The notes beneath the pieces are model-generated. The model searched no databases. It was not told the origin of the DNA and worked only from the letters and a program-made list of their open reading frames with translations. A DNA stretch of 64,000 bases from Alistipes sp. GTDB taxonomy: Bacteria > Bacteroidota > Bacteroidia > Bacteroidales > Rikenellaceae. The position numbers were made by a program, and so were the translations under genes. Below are positions 10,358 to 20,337 of this stretch, piece by piece (the first letter of the stretch is position 1; every line of letters begins with the position of its first letter). The DNA lies in NCBI GenBank assembly GCA_017546345.1, contig JAFYXB010000016.1, positions 5,052 to 69,051 of the forward strand, written 5' to 3'.

Positions 10358-10544
10358 ATGTTTTACAATCTTTTCTAAAGAGTGTTATTTTACACCAAAT
10401 TAATCATTATCGGCACACGTTTTTCGACTCCTCATATTGACATCTTTGACACACATAAAATATCTTCGACACATTGAGCCATAAAAAGGATTTTTTTCGT
10501 ACCTTTACGCCGTTATTTTTACTTTAAGTAAAAAGTCGATAAAA

Positions 10545-11453
10545 ATGAGCGCAGAAACATACCACATACCCGTACTTTTGGAGGAGTGCATCGAGGCCCT
10601 CGAGATTAAACCTAATGGCACATATGTCGATTTGACAATGGGTGGCGGCGGACATACCCGCGCCATACTCGAGCAGCTTGGCGAGGATGGACACCTCTAC
10701 TCCTTTGATCAGGATCCCGATGCCGAGGCCAACGCACCTCGCGACCCACGACATACATTCGTGGCCAGCAACTTCCGCTTCTTGCGTGGCGCACTACGTC
10801 TGCGCGGTGTGGAGGGCGTAGATGGAATTCTGGCTGACCTTGGCGTGTCGTCACACCACTTCGACGCCAAGCATCGTGGTTTCTCGTTCCGCGGCGAGGC
10901 TCCACTCGATATGCGTATGAACAGCCGTGCGGGTCGCACAGCTGCCGACATCGTAAACAACTATTCGAAGGAGGCGCTATCCGAGATCTTCGCACAGTAT
11001 GGCGAGTTGGACACAACGTGGAAAATTGCCAACTGCATTGAGCGAGCACGCGCCAACGCTCCAATCCTCACAACAGCCGACTTGGTGAAGGCTGTCGAGC
11101 CATGCACCCCTGCGAAGGATGAGTCGAAGTTCCTCACAAAACTCTTTCAGGCGTTACGCATCGAGCTTAATGGCGAGATGGAGGCACTCAAGATGGCCTT
11201 GGAGCAGAGTCTTAAGGTTCTCAACCCCAAGGGTCGCTTAGTTGTGATGTCGTACCACTCGTTGGAGGATAGAATGGTCAAGAACTTTATGCGTAGCGGT
11301 AATTGTAATGGCGAGGTCGAGAAGGACTTTTTCGGACGCAGCACAACACCGCTCAAGGTCATCACACGCAAGGCTATCATCCCCAGCGACGAGGAGATCG
11401 AGCGCAACCCACGTTCACGCAGCGCTAAGTTGCGTGTTGCCGAGAAGCTATAA
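10545..11453 (+). CDS. rsmH: 16S rRNA m4C1402 methyltransferase
   Basis: HIPVLL, GGGGH, DLGVSS, RGFSF, PLDMRM, FQALRI, YHSLEDR and NPRSRSAKLR motifs. Confidence 0.97.
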   Translation: MSAETYHIPVLLEECIEALEIKPNGTYVDLTMGGGGHTRAILEQLGEDGHLYSFDQDPDAEANAPRDPRHTFVASNFRFLRGALRLRGVEGVDGILADLGVSSHHFDAKHRGFSFRGEAPLDMRMNSRAGRTAADIVNNYSKEALSEIFAQYGELDTTWKIANCIERARANAPILTTADLVKAVEPCTPAKDESKFLTKLFQALRIELNGEMEALKMALEQSLKVLNPKGRLVVMSYHSLEDRMVKNFMRSGNCNGEVEKDFFGRSTTPLKVITRKAIIPSDEEIERNPRSRSAKLRVAEKL

Positions 11454-11486
11454 TTGCCGAGAGGCACACAAACCGATTCACGAAAG

Positions 11487-12026
11487 ATGCAACGAGGATA
11501 TACAAACGATAATGACGGCCGCGAGGAGGTTATCTTCGATATGGATGCCGAGAGGGAGAAGCGCATACGCCGCGAGGTGGTGCGCATAACACCTATCGAG
11601 CGCTATATGGATGACGACGAGGTCGAGAGATTGGACTACGAGGGCGACGATGAGGCAGAGGAGAACACCCCCAAGATGGATGGTGGCGAGGAGAGCGAAG
11701 CGCAGGTTGAGCGACGCTCCAAGTCGCTATGGCAACATATCACCACAGGTACGTTCTTCACAGATGGCGCAGCAAACTACTATCGCTACCTCATAGCTAT
11801 CGCCGCGATGTACTTTCTGAGCATTTTCCTAAGTTTCGTACAGCTCAACGCCGACCGCGAGTACCGTAATCTTCAGAACTACGCCACAGTTCTCAACGAA
11901 CGCGCTGTGCTCAAGGAGGAGGAGCGCTACTCGCTATCATCGAAGAGCAATGTCGAAGATAGATTGCGCAGCTACGGCATCGAACTTATAGACCTATCTA
12001 AGCACAGCCGCCTAATCGAGAAGTAA
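11487..12026 (+). CDS. ftsL: FtsL-like cell division protein with long acidic N-terminus
   Basis: Lies between rsmH and the PBP; single TM followed by a coiled-coil-like segment; start uncertain (TTG 11454 or ATG 11487). Confidence 0.65.
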   Translation: MQRGYTNDNDGREEVIFDMDAEREKRIRREVVRITPIERYMDDDEVERLDYEGDDEAEENTPKMDGGEESEAQVERRSKSLWQHITTGTFFTDGAANYYRYLIAIAAMYFLSIFLSFVQLNADREYRNLQNYATVLNERAVLKEEERYSLSSKSNVEDRLRSYGIELIDLSKHSRLIEK

Positions 12027-12028
12027 TA

Positions 12029-14368
12029 ATGGCACAAAAAGATACAACAACGACAAAACGTCCTAAGCAGGTGCAGGATGCTAAGCGCGACATTCTATCT
12101 CGCGTAAAGCTTCTCTACACCCTCTTCATACTGCTCGGCATAGGCATCGCAGCACGTCTATTATGGGTGCAGATTGCCAGTCCCTCGGTACGACATAACG
12201 CCCGTGTCCTTAACGACGGCATCCTTCGCGAGGTGATGCTACCAGCACACCGTGGCACAATCCTCACGCGCGAGGGTGAGCCTTTGGCGCTATCGAGCTT
12301 CCGCTACCACGCAGCTATCGATTTCGCATCCGAGGCGTTGCAGGATAGCGACGAGGAGACGCTACACCGCAACGTGGACTCTCTTGCCCGTATGCTGGCT
12401 ATGCACTTCAACCAGAGTGACGCAGCACGCCACGGCTATAAGTATATCTCCGCAGATGAGTATAAGCGAGAGTTTTTGCGCCTCACGGCAGCAGGTCGTG
12501 ACCGTTCTCGACAGATTTTCCCACGAGCGGTGACCACCGACGAGTGGAATATGATACGTCGCAACTTCCCTATCTTGAACGACAACATGGGTATCGTCTG
12601 CGGCACACGTCGTACCGACGAGCGCATATACCCCTCGGGCGATCTCGCCAAGCAGCTTATTGGCGTACTTCCCGACTCTACGAAGGCCGATAAGATTCGT
12701 TTCGGTACGGGTGTGGAGAGGGCCTATGACGACGACCTCGCAGGACAGCACGGCCTATCTGTCGAGCAGCGTATCGCCCACGGATTTTGGACCCGTATTG
12801 AGGATAGCCGCAACCGTATGGCCGAGGATGGCTGCAATGTGGTGACAACACTCGATGGCGGTCTTCAGAAGATGGCCACGGAGCGACTTCGCGAGGAGTT
12901 GGAGAAAGAACACGCCTCGTTTGGTGTAGCGATGGTTATGGAGGTAGCCACGGGAAATATGCTCTGCTTGGTAAACCTCAGCTCAGGTAAGGAGCGAGGC
13001 ACAAACTATCGTGAGGATGTCTTCAACCACGCATTCAGTACTGCAATGTGCCCAGGTTCGACCTTTAAGCTCGCCTCGGCAATGGCACTACTTGAGATCG
13101 GTGGTTGCGATGTAAATACGATAGTAAGCATCCCGAAGTCGAGCCAAAAGGTGGGTGATAAGTTGGTAGTCGATTCTCACCGCATAGACAACGAAGATGG
13201 CAAGGCTATGGATAGCGTAACGATGCGTGACGGCTTCGCCCACTCGTCGAATATCTACTTCGCCAAGGCCGTCTACGACCGTTTCAAGGATGAGCCCGAA
13301 CGTTACACACGCTTCCTCGAGGGCTTGCTCTTCAACGATCATGTCGGACTACAAAACTTTGGCGAGGTTAAGGCCAACCTTCCACGCCCAGGTACTGCAG
13401 AGTGGAAGCGCAACGGTAGCATAGGTCTTACATTGCCACAGCTCGCCTATGGCTATATCATCGAGCTACCGCCAATCCACACCCTAACATTCTTCAATGG
13501 CGTGGCCAACAATGGCCGCATGGTAGCACCACGACTTATTGATCGCATCGAGCGTAATGGCGAGGTTGTGGAGCGCCCTCCCGTTATCACCCTACGCGAG
13601 AAGATGTGCTCATCTAAGACGCTTGCAGGCTTGCGCGAGTGTCTATCGGCAGCCTCGGCAGACAACCGCACGGCATATAAGTTCCGCGGTCTTCCAGTAG
13701 AGTTTGGCTGTAAGACGGGTACTGCACAGATTTGGGGTAGCTTCATCTCTGAAAGCGAGGCCGATAAGCGAAGCATGAGCGACGGCATGAACCCCTCGCA
13801 GGATAAATACTACCTCGGCTCTGTAGTAACGATGTTCCCTATGGATAACCCCAAGTATACGGTTATGGTATGCGTAGCTAAGCAGCAAACGGGCTCGCAC
13901 CCCAACTACTACGGTATCAACCTCTCGGGACCCACGGCACGCTCTATCATGGACTACATCTATGCCAACGACCCTACGCTACACGCCCACGTTGAGGTTC
14001 CCGAGGAGCCATACGCAGCACGCAGCATCAAGGCAGGCAATGGCAAGGCGGTGTGGATGTGTGCCGACCGCTATGCCGCAGATATCGTAGAGTTTGAGAG
14101 CGAAGATGGCATCAAGGCTAAATCGGCCGAGTGGTGCAAGAGCTCGATTGATGCGGAGGGTGTTGCTACGATAAGCGCTGTAACGACGGCAGATGGCAAG
14201 GTGCCAAATGTCGTAGGTATGGGCCTCTCGGATGCGCTATACCTTTTAGAGAGTAGCGGCCTGAGCGTCACACATTCGGGTAGTGGCCGTGTGGTGAGCC
14301 AGAGCATACGTCCAGGCACGGCAATATCGAAACAGGGACGCACGATACACCTCACATTGGAGAGATAG
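12029..14368 (+). CDS. ftsI: Class B penicillin-binding protein with C-terminal PASTA domain
   Basis: RGTI dimerisation motif, PGSTFK (SxxK), SSN, KTGTAQ and VPNVVGM PASTA motif. Confidence 0.9.
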   Translation: MAQKDTTTTKRPKQVQDAKRDILSRVKLLYTLFILLGIGIAARLLWVQIASPSVRHNARVLNDGILREVMLPAHRGTILTREGEPLALSSFRYHAAIDFASEALQDSDEETLHRNVDSLARMLAMHFNQSDAARHGYKYISADEYKREFLRLTAAGRDRSRQIFPRAVTTDEWNMIRRNFPILNDNMGIVCGTRRTDERIYPSGDLAKQLIGVLPDSTKADKIRFGTGVERAYDDDLAGQHGLSVEQRIAHGFWTRIEDSRNRMAEDGCNVVTTLDGGLQKMATERLREELEKEHASFGVAMVMEVATGNMLCLVNLSSGKERGTNYREDVFNHAFSTAMCPGSTFKLASAMALLEIGGCDVNTIVSIPKSSQKVGDKLVVDSHRIDNEDGKAMDSVTMRDGFAHSSNIYFAKAVYDRFKDEPERYTRFLEGLLFNDHVGLQNFGEVKANLPRPGTAEWKRNGSIGLTLPQLAYGYIIELPPIHTLTFFNGVANNGRMVAPRLIDRIERNGEVVERPPVITLREKMCSSKTLAGLRECLSAASADNRTAYKFRGLPVEFGCKTGTAQIWGSFISESEADKRSMSDGMNPSQDKYYLGSVVTMFPMDNPKYTVMVCVAKQQTGSHPNYYGINLSGPTARSIMDYIYANDPTLHAHVEVPEEPYAARSIKAGNGKAVWMCADRYAADIVEFESEDGIKAKSAEWCKSSIDAEGVATISAVTTADGKVPNVVGMGLSDALYLLESSGLSVTHSGSGRVVSQSIRPGTAISKQGRTIHLTLER

Positions 14369-14406
14369 AGTGAAACATATACAGAAAGAGCTATATAGTT
14401 GATAAG

Positions 14407-15876
14407 ATGAAACGATTTGAAGATATTATCGCCGATGTAGAGGCGATCGAGATACACAATCCTCATAATCCCGAGATTACAGTCTTGGAGTATGACTCAC
14501 GCCGCATCGAGGCGGGTGCGTGCTTCTTTGCCGTAACGGGTACGGCAAGCGACGGACATAGCTACATCGCCTCGGCTATCGAGCGTGGTGCAGTGGCTAT
14601 CGTCTGCCAGCAGCTACCCGCAGAGCGCGATGAGCGAGTGAGCTACATCGTGGTTAAGGATAGCAACGTGGCTATGGCCGCTATGGCTGCTGCCTACTAC
14701 GACCACCCCTCACGTGAGCTGCACTTGGTGGGTGTTACGGGAACAAATGGCAAGACAACAACAGCTACCCTACTCTACGATATGTTCACAGCGTTGGGCT
14801 ACCGCGCAGGTTTGATATCTACGGTGATATATCGCATTGGTGAGGAGAGCATACACTCTACACACACCACACCCGACGCCATACGCCTCAACGCAATGAT
14901 GCGCCGTATGGTGGATGCTGGTTGTGACTACTGCTTTATGGAGGTGTCGTCACACGCCGCAGCTCAGCACCGCATTGCAGGTTTGCACTTCGAGGGCGCA
15001 CTCTTCAGCAACCTTACACACGATCACCTCGACTACCACGGCACCTACAAGGAGTATATCCGTGCTAAGAAATCCTTCTTCGACAATCTATCTGCCGAGG
15101 CCTGGGCTGTGACAAATATCGATGACCGCAATGGCGAGGTGATGATCCAAAACTGCAAGGCTCGCACCTTCAGCCTATCGCTACGCTCTATGGCCGACTA
15201 CCGTTGTAAGGTTATCGAGATGCTTCCCGACGGCATGCTGCTCAACATCGACGGCGTGGAGACATGGGTTAAGTTCTCGGGTAAGTTCAACGCCTATAAC
15301 CTCACTACGGTATATGCCGCTACGCGTCTGCTTGGCGTGGATAAAATGGAGGCACTCACCACGCTCTCGCAGCTACGCCCCGTGAGTGGCCGCTTCGAGA
15401 CAATTATGGCCGAAGACGGCACAATGGCCATTGTCGATTATGCCCATACGCCCGATGCATTGGAGAATGTCTTGGAGACTATCGAGGAGCTACGCCGCGA
15501 TAAAGAGCGATTGTTTGTGGTATGTGGCTGCGGTGGTGATCGCGACCGTACGAAGCGCCCCGAGATGGCCGCAATCGCTACAAAATATGCCACAACGGCG
15601 ATCTTCACATCGGATAACCCTCGTACGGAGAGCCCCGAGGCTATCCTCGATGATATGATTGCTGGCGTGAAGGATCGAAACAACTATCTGCGCATCAGCG
15701 ACCGCCGCGAGGCAATACGCACAGCTGCGATGATGGCTGAGAAGGGCGACATCATCCTCATCGCAGGTAAGGGTCACGAGGATTACCAGATTATCGGCAC
15801 GGAGAAGCATCACTTCGACGACAAAGAGCAGATACGCGAGGCCTTTACCACAACACACAACAGCGCAAAAAACTAA
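14407..15876 (+). CDS. murE: UDP-MurNAc-tripeptide synthetase (meso-DAP)
   Basis: GTNGKTT, TTPD, MEVSSH, DHLDYH, DYAHTPD, DNPR and GKGHE motifs. Confidence 0.97.
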   Translation: MKRFEDIIADVEAIEIHNPHNPEITVLEYDSRRIEAGACFFAVTGTASDGHSYIASAIERGAVAIVCQQLPAERDERVSYIVVKDSNVAMAAMAAAYYDHPSRELHLVGVTGTNGKTTTATLLYDMFTALGYRAGLISTVIYRIGEESIHSTHTTPDAIRLNAMMRRMVDAGCDYCFMEVSSHAAAQHRIAGLHFEGALFSNLTHDHLDYHGTYKEYIRAKKSFFDNLSAEAWAVTNIDDRNGEVMIQNCKARTFSLSLRSMADYRCKVIEMLPDGMLLNIDGVETWVKFSGKFNAYNLTTVYAATRLLGVDKMEALTTLSQLRPVSGRFETIMAEDGTMAIVDYAHTPDALENVLETIEELRRDKERLFVVCGCGGDRDRTKRPEMAAIATKYATTAIFTSDNPRTESPEAILDDMIAGVKDRNNYLRISDRREAIRTAAMMAEKGDIILIAGKGHEDYQIIGTEKHHFDDKEQIREAFTTTHNSAKN

Positions 15877-15917
15877 ACTCAAAGATACAACTCACAAAAC
15901 AAACGTAGAAAGAAACT

Positions 15918-17165
15918 ATGTTATACCGTCTTTTCGAATATCTCAACCACAACACCAATCTCCCTGGAATGGGTATTGGTAGCTACATATCGTTTCGTGC
16001 CGTAGCAGCCATCGTGCTATCGTTGCTTATCACCATTCTCTTCGGTAAGCTCATCATACGCTTCTTGCGCCGCAAGCAGATTGGCGAGGATATACGCGAC
16101 CTCGGCCTTGAGGGTCAGCTTCAAAAGAAAGGCACTCCAACGATGGGTGGTATCATCATTCTGTTAGCAATCATTGCCCCCGTATTACTCTTTGGCGACC
16201 TCGGCAATGTCTATGTGCAGCTTATGCTTATCTCGACAATATGGCTCGGCTTTATCGGTGGCTTGGATGACTACATCAAGGTCTTCCGCCACAAAAAAGA
16301 GGGCTTGCAGGGTCGTTTTAAGGTTGTTGGCCAGGTTGGCTTGGGTATTATCGTGGGTACTACGATGTGGCTTTCGGAGGATATCGTCGTACGCGAGAAG
16401 AGCTTCGAGACCTACACCTACACCATCACCGATAACCAAACAGGCGAGGTTGTAGGCAACCACACCGAGCGTCGCATCATCAGCACATCGCCCGAGAAGA
16501 GCACTAAGACATCAATCCCCTTCCTTAAGGACACGGAGTTGGACTACTCACAGCTCACAGCAGATAACGATACCGCAGCATGGTTGCTGTATATCGTCGT
16601 GGCAATACTTGTCATCACCGCCGTATCGAATGGTGCAAACCTCACGGATGGCATTGATGGACTACTTACGGGTGTCTCGGTGCCGATAGTCCTTGTGCTC
16701 GGTATATTGGCATACCTCTCGGGACATATCATCTACTCGGACTACCTCAACATTATGTACATTCCCGACAGTGGAGAGCTAATCGTCTTTGCAGCAGCAT
16801 TTGCAGGTGCACTCATCGGCTTTTTGTGGTATAACTCCTTCCCTGCGCAGATCTTTATGGGCGACACAGGTTCACTGACAATTGGTGGTCTTATCGCCGT
16901 ATTTGCGCTCTGCATCCGCAAGGAGTTGCTCCTACCACTTCTCTGTGGTATCTTCCTCGTAGAGTCGTTGTCGGTAATGTTGCAGGTGGGATACTTCAAA
17001 TACACGAAGAAGAAGTATGGCGAGGGTCGTCGCATCTTCCTTATGTCGCCCATACACCACCACTATCAGAAAAAGGGTATGTTCGAGACAAAGATTATGA
17101 TGCGCTTCTTCATCATATCGTTGTTGCTCTCGGCACTGACATTGGCAACGTTGAAGATGCAGTAA
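15918..17165 (+). CDS. mraY: Phospho-N-acetylmuramoyl-pentapeptide transferase
   Basis: [29 protein letters not shown] and PIHHHY motifs. Confidence 0.97.
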   Translation: MLYRLFEYLNHNTNLPGMGIGSYISFRAVAAIVLSLLITILFGKLIIRFLRRKQIGEDIRDLGLEGQLQKKGTPTMGGIIILLAIIAPVLLFGDLGNVYVQLMLISTIWLGFIGGLDDYIKVFRHKKEGLQGRFKVVGQVGLGIIVGTTMWLSEDIVVREKSFETYTYTITDNQTGEVVGNHTERRIISTSPEKSTKTSIPFLKDTELDYSQLTADNDTAAWLLYIVVAILVITAVSNGANLTDGIDGLLTGVSVPIVLVLGILAYLSGHIIYSDYLNIMYIPDSGELIVFAAAFAGALIGFLWYNSFPAQIFMGDTGSLTIGGLIAVFALCIRKELLLPLLCGIFLVESLSVMLQVGYFKYTKKKYGEGRRIFLMSPIHHHYQKKGMFETKIMMRFFIISLLLSALTLATLKMQ

Positions 17166-17209
17166 TTCGATATTGACACAACAAGAAATAATAAAACAGA
17201 AATAGGATA

Positions 17210-18577
17210 ATGAAACGTAAAATAGTTGTACTCGGCGGAGGCATATCGGGCTATGGCTCGGCAATACTTGCTAAAAAGAAGGGCTTTGACACCTTCCTCT
17301 CGGATATGGGCAAGATCGCACCTAAGTTCAAGGAGAGATTGGACGAGTGGGGCGTGGAGTATGAGGAGGGTCAGCATACCGAGGAGCGCATACTCGATGC
17401 CAACGAGGTGATTAAGTCGCCAGGTATTCCCGATACGGCACCTATCGTGGTAAAGCTCCGCGAGAGAGGTATCCCTATAATTTCGGAGATCGAGTTCGCA
17501 GGTCGTTACAAGGGTGTTGCCAAGACTATCTGTATCACAGGCTCGAATGGCAAGACTACGACCACGTCGCTTATCTACAAGATTATGAAGGATGCAGGCC
17601 GTAAGGTATCGCTTGGTGGCAATATCGGCGAGAGCTTCGCCTATTCGGTAGCTACCGACCGCTACTTCTGGCACGTCTTGGAGCTCAGCTCTTTCCAGCT
17701 CGATGGCTGTTTTAAGTTTAAGGCTGATATTGGTGTGCTTACAAACATCACTCCCGACCACCTCGACCGCTACGACTACAAATTGGAGAACTACGCCCGT
17801 TCGAAGATGCGTATCACGCAGAATCAGGGAACTGCCGACGCCTTCATCTACTCGGCAGACGATGTGGAGACACAGCGTATGCTCGACAATATGGACTCTA
17901 CGCTACGTGCCCGCCAGTTGCCATTCGCCATCAATACGGCTATCGCCAGCGGTGATGGTGATGCGGTGCTCGAGGGTCATAGCTTCACGGCTACGGTGGG
18001 TAAGAAGTCGGTAACGATCGACACCCGCAAGATGCAGATCGAGGGTATGCACAATGTCTACAACGCTATGGCCGCAGCATTGGCGACACTCGCTGCAGGT
18101 ATCGAGCCTCGCCACATCAAGCGCTCTATTTACGACTTCTCGCCCGTTGAGCACCGTCTTGAGCCAGCAGGCAAGAGAGATGATATCGAGTGGGTGAACG
18201 ACTCGAAGGCTACGAACGTAGACTCGGTATGGTATGCCCTGGAGAGCATGAAGCGCCCCACGGTGTGGATTGCTGGAGGTACGGACAAGGGCAACGACTA
18301 CACACCGCTCAAGGAGTTTGCACGCCGCAAGGTTAAGGCCTTGGTGTGTATGGGCGTGGATAACAGCAAGCTGCTCCGCGAGTTCGACGGCATAGTACCC
18401 AAGATTTACGATTGTAAGTCGCTCGATGAGGCTATGCGTGCAGCACGCGATGAGGCACGCAGTGGCGATACTGTACTCCTCTCGCCCGCATGCGCAAGCT
18501 TCGACCTCTTCCGCAACTACGAGGAGCGTGGCCGATTGTTCAAGGAGTGGGTCAAGGAGAATGTTCTAAACGACTAA
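17210..18577 (+). CDS. murD: UDP-MurNAc-L-Ala-D-glutamate ligase
   Basis: SPGIP, GSNGKTTT, ELSSFQL, DHLDRY, NDSKATN and LSPACASFD motifs. Confidence 0.97.
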   Translation: MKRKIVVLGGGISGYGSAILAKKKGFDTFLSDMGKIAPKFKERLDEWGVEYEEGQHTEERILDANEVIKSPGIPDTAPIVVKLRERGIPIISEIEFAGRYKGVAKTICITGSNGKTTTTSLIYKIMKDAGRKVSLGGNIGESFAYSVATDRYFWHVLELSSFQLDGCFKFKADIGVLTNITPDHLDRYDYKLENYARSKMRITQNQGTADAFIYSADDVETQRMLDNMDSTLRARQLPFAINTAIASGDGDAVLEGHSFTATVGKKSVTIDTRKMQIEGMHNVYNAMAAALATLAAGIEPRHIKRSIYDFSPVEHRLEPAGKRDDIEWVNDSKATNVDSVWYALESMKRPTVWIAGGTDKGNDYTPLKEFARRKVKALVCMGVDNSKLLREFDGIVPKIYDCKSLDEAMRAARDEARSGDTVLLSPACASFDLFRNYEERGRLFKEWVKENVLND

Positions 18578-18583
18578 TTGGCT

Positions 18584-19879
18584 ATGACCAAACATAACGA
18601 TAAGCAGACCACACAGGGTCGTAAGGATATATTTAGCGATGTTCGCCTCGTATTCGAAGGCGACCGCACACTGTGGATCATATACGCAGTGCTCATCGTC
18701 CTATCTATCCTTGTGGTTTACTCCTCTACGGCGAAGATGGCGTTCGACATCACGTCGAAGATGAGCACTACGGATGCACTACGCACACAGATTATGTTTG
18801 TGCTTATGTCCATACCGCTCATCTACTTCGTGCATAAGACCGACTATCGTCTCTTCCGTCGCTTCACGCCGATGATGTACTATCTCTTTATCGGCCTGAC
18901 GATTGCGGCATATCTCTTCGGTTCGACAACAAATGGTGCAGCACGATGGTTGCCTATCGGTCCCTTCCAGTTCCAGCCATCGGAGGGTCTTAAGATTATG
19001 ACTATTCTGATGCTCGCACGCTGTATGGAGCCACGACAGGCCGAGATTAATAAACTCAACCTGCTACCCACCTCGCTACGCTTTGGCGACGAGAAGCAGT
19101 GGCAGATTATTCGCAAGAATACCATACCGCTGGTAGGCCCCGTATTGCTGTCCTGTGGCGTTATTCTTCCTGCGCACACCTCCTCGGCCGTGATTATCTT
19201 TATGGCCTCGGTCATCATGCTCTATATTGGTCGTGTAAACACCAAGGAGATAGCAAAGTTTATTGTCGTGATGTCGGCTATCGGTATGTTGGGACTCTCG
19301 GTAATGTCGCTCGCAGGTATTGGTCGTGGCGATACGGCAGGAGGTCGTCTATCATCGTGGATTAACGAGTGGACAACCGATGGCAAGTGTTCGTCGATGA
19401 GCGAGATGTCCGATACGCAGCGTGCAATGGTGGCGATACACAATGGTAGCCTCTTTGGTGAGGGTGCAGGACACAGCACCTCGCGTGTAGTTGTCATCCA
19501 CCCCGAGAGCGACTACGCCTATGCCTTCTTCGTTTCGGAGTATGGCATAATCACCGCATTGTTGCTTATGCTCCTATACCTATGGATATTCTTCCGCTCG
19601 ATAGAGATATGTAGGAAGTGTCGCACGGCATTCCCGATGCTTATGACCGCAGGTCTGGGTCTGCTGATTACGATTCAAGCACTGCTACATATTCTCGTGC
19701 AGATAAACATCATCCCCGAGACGGGACAGACCCTGCCACTTATCTCGCGAGGTGGTACGTCGATGCTATTTACGAGCATCGCTATTGGTATAATCATCAG
19801 CGTAAGTCGCACAAATGCCCTTGCCGAGAGTAGCGAGATGAAAAAGCGCCAAACAAAAAAGAGTAACGACGATGAGTAA
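18584..19879 (+). CDS. ftsW: SEDS-family peptidoglycan polymerase
   Basis: NGAARW, FQPSE, ESDY and TGQTLPLISRGGTS motifs; follows murD. Confidence 0.92.
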   Translation: MTKHNDKQTTQGRKDIFSDVRLVFEGDRTLWIIYAVLIVLSILVVYSSTAKMAFDITSKMSTTDALRTQIMFVLMSIPLIYFVHKTDYRLFRRFTPMMYYLFIGLTIAAYLFGSTTNGAARWLPIGPFQFQPSEGLKIMTILMLARCMEPRQAEINKLNLLPTSLRFGDEKQWQIIRKNTIPLVGPVLLSCGVILPAHTSSAVIIFMASVIMLYIGRVNTKEIAKFIVVMSAIGMLGLSVMSLAGIGRGDTAGGRLSSWINEWTTDGKCSSMSEMSDTQRAMVAIHNGSLFGEGAGHSTSRVVVIHPESDYAYAFFVSEYGIITALLLMLLYLWIFFRSIEICRKCRTAFPMLMTAGLGLLITIQALLHILVQINIIPETGQTLPLISRGGTSMLFTSIAIGIIISVSRTNALAESSEMKKRQTKKSNDDE

Positions 19880-20288
19880 CGATATAAGATTAGATAAGTA
19901 TCTGTGGGCCGTGCGTATCTTCAAGACACGTAGCGATGCTGCAGATGCCATACGCCAAAACCGTGTGATGGTAAACGATGCCTATGCCAAACCCTCGCGC
20001 GAGGTGAAGATTGGCGATATGATCACGGTACGTCGTGAGCGTATCACATATAGCTACAAGGTATTGGACTTGGTATCGAGCCGCCAGCCCGCCAAGAACG
20101 TACCTATGTACTGCCTGAACTGCACGCCGCAGGAGGAGTTGGACAAGCTGAACGTGCCACACGAGACCATATTTGTCTTCCGCGACCGAGGTACGGGCCG
20201 TCCTACGAAGAAGGAGCGACGCGATATTGATGCGCTTATGGAGGGCTTCTATTTCGATGATGAGGCCTTCGACGATGACGAAGATTAG
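19872..20288 (+). CDS. hslR: Ribosome-associated heat shock protein Hsp15 (S4 domain)
   Basis: [16 protein letters not shown] and GRPTKKERR motifs. Confidence 0.93.
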   Translation: MSNDIRLDKYLWAVRIFKTRSDAADAIRQNRVMVNDAYAKPSREVKIGDMITVRRERITYSYKVLDLVSSRQPAKNVPMYCLNCTPQEELDKLNVPHETIFVFRDRGTGRPTKKERRDIDALMEGFYFDDEAFDDDED

Positions 20289-20337
20289 AAGTAATAGAGC
20301 AAACAAAATAACAAAACAATATAAAACACAACAAGTT

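Noticed and set aside
20173-20337. N-terminal extension of LeuS, and similar extensions at 30022, 29919, 26977, 56354 and 56505
   Set aside because: They overlap upstream genes, the tRNA, promoters or terminators; downstream starts fit the protein families better
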